DNA of 64,000 bases from Azolla caroliniana. Lineage: Eukaryota > Plantae > Polypodiophyta. The notes beneath the pieces are model-generated. The model searched no databases. It was not told the origin of the DNA and saw only the letters and a program-made list of their open reading frames with translations. Shown piece after piece: positions 62,483-64,000 of the stretch. Location of the stretch: assembly GCA_043228905.1 (NCBI GenBank), contig JBHGNT010000012.1, forward strand, positions 10,788,001 through 10,852,000, read 5' to 3'. Each line of letters opens with the position of its first letter. Position 1 is the first letter of the stretch. Made by a program: the position numbers and the translations under genes.

Positions 62483-64000
62483 TCAAAGTGGATGTTTCGA
62501 GCAATTAAGTCGAGATTGTGCTCTTCGTGGGAGAGTGAGAAGCGGATTCACACGATGGCAAGTGAGTCCACATTCATCAGACATATCCAGAGAGTCATGC
62601 CCAACAGGCAACAAAAGCTCCCATTTGTCAAAGGCATGAACAAGGCTAGAAACTGTGAGCTCGACCATGGGCATGGCTAAGGTCATGCCAGGACACATCC
62701 GTCTCCCCGAACCGAATGGGAGAAGCTCAAAATGTTGGCCTTTCCACGTGACGTGATCCATGGAATTATGGTGTCCTACGAGGAACCTCTCGGGTATGAA
62801 CTTCTCTTCATCTTTCCATACATTGGGGTCATGACCCATGGCCCATGCATTCACGAACACAGTTGTCCCTTTGGGGATTTCATAGCCCCCCACTTTACAT
62901 TTATCAATGGACATGTGGGGGACCAACAACGCGGCCGGAGGATGCTTGCGGAACGTTTCCTTTAGTACCGCACCAAGGTATGGTAGTCGCGGGATGTCAG
63001 ATATCTCCACATGTCGATCTCTCCCAACTACCGCATTTAGCTCTGCCTGAAGCTTCATGAGAACAGGTGGATTCGCCAACAGTTCGGACATTGCCCAATC
63101 AATAGCGGCGCTAGATGTTACGATTCCCGCGGTGAACAACTCCTACAGCCGCCCGGCCCCATTACGGCAGACAAAAATCATCATACATGGTTAGCGATTG
63201 GCTCTATCCTCCATTGGGGTGGGTTAAATCAAATAAAGGACATTAAATTTGTGCTAAGTTACCATTATGAGAACCTTCACCAAATCGCGGTCGAGTTTGT
63301 TCTCGGGCAAGAGGAAGACGTCGAGGATGTCTCGGACGCACTCCTTTGCAGGGACCGGGTCCTTCTCTCGTTCGGCGATGATATGCCCCATGAGTGCGTC
63401 GAATGAAGACTTCCACTTCCTCATCGAATCCTTGGTCTTGTAATCCATAAACCCAAGGAATGGCACAGAGTCACCAATGAGGGGTGTAGGGTACAACTTC
63501 TGGAGTTGGCGTGTGAGATCCGCGAGGTTGTTAATGCTGGTGCCACTAGTCGATGATGATGCTGCGGCGGCGGAGGCATTATTATTATTGTTGTGGCTGA
63601 AGAAGACTTGAGAGGGCCGCTGTCGTAGCACGATGCGGCATATGATGTTCTCGACAAGCATCTCGATGCATGCGCTGAGATCGACAGCATGGGTCGCGAG
63701 GTGGAGCCGAGTGTCAATGAGCTCCCGGATCTCCTGCACTATGATCTCCGATTGGAACTCGCCGATGCGGCGCGATGTGAAGAGCTGAAGGCTGTACAGC
63801 TTCCGGGTTCTCTTCCACTCCTCGCCGTAAGGGAGGAAGGTGACGGTCTTGTGGCCGCTGAGGTCCCCCATTAGGAGTTTGGCGCTCCCGAATGATGGGC
63901 GGCTCGCGAATGTCTTGTCGTGGGTGTGGAGGAGCTCGCGAGCCAGCACCGGGCTCGACACTACGATCGCGGGGCTGGAGCCGAGGCGCAGGGAGAAGAT
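62483..64000 (-). CDS. Cytochrome P450, CYP71 clan (A-type), 5' end outside the window. Exons >64000-63263 and 63142-62483
   Basis: FASRP, YGEEWKRTR, phase-0 intron in the I-helix (IM|ELFTAGIVTS), KETFR, FIPERF, heme motif PFGSGRRMCPG. Confidence 0.93.

Noticed and set aside
56587-64000. Biosynthetic gene cluster (methyltransferase plus P450)
   Set aside because: Only two adjacent genes, with no scaffold enzyme in view and no co-expression data; cannot be supported from this window

Overview
Eukaryotic land-plant genomic DNA. It is probably from a non-seed vascular plant such as a fern; this is inferred from the Tcn1/PEG10-like chromoviruses, a PLS-class PPR fragment and the microsatellite density. 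About two thirds of the window is nested transposable elements. They include several Ty1/copia elements (one young and intact at 4043-9485), solo LTRs with 5-bp TSDs, decayed Ty3/gypsy elements, a hAT DNA transposon with a captured PPR fragment, two hAT-type MITEs, a TRIM and a LINE 3' end. Three host genes are present: a 6-exon PHD-finger/AAA-ATPase gene of the ATAD2/BRP1 type (26300-35163 +), a 2-exon LCM-family SAM methyltransferase (56587-58388 -) and a CYP71-clan P450 truncated by the window edge (62483->64000 -). The most unusual signal is a set of diverged chromovirus-type LTRs. Five begin with an antisense tRNA-like A-box/B-box module (32-33 bp spacing in four copies), and four of the five continue with a heat-shock-element array, a TATA box and a conserved TTCAAYRCYAGTCTT motif. 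Second is a tRNA-Ala-primed TRIM family whose two insertions both show a 4-bp ATAT TSD. All coordinates were read by eye and no searches were run.
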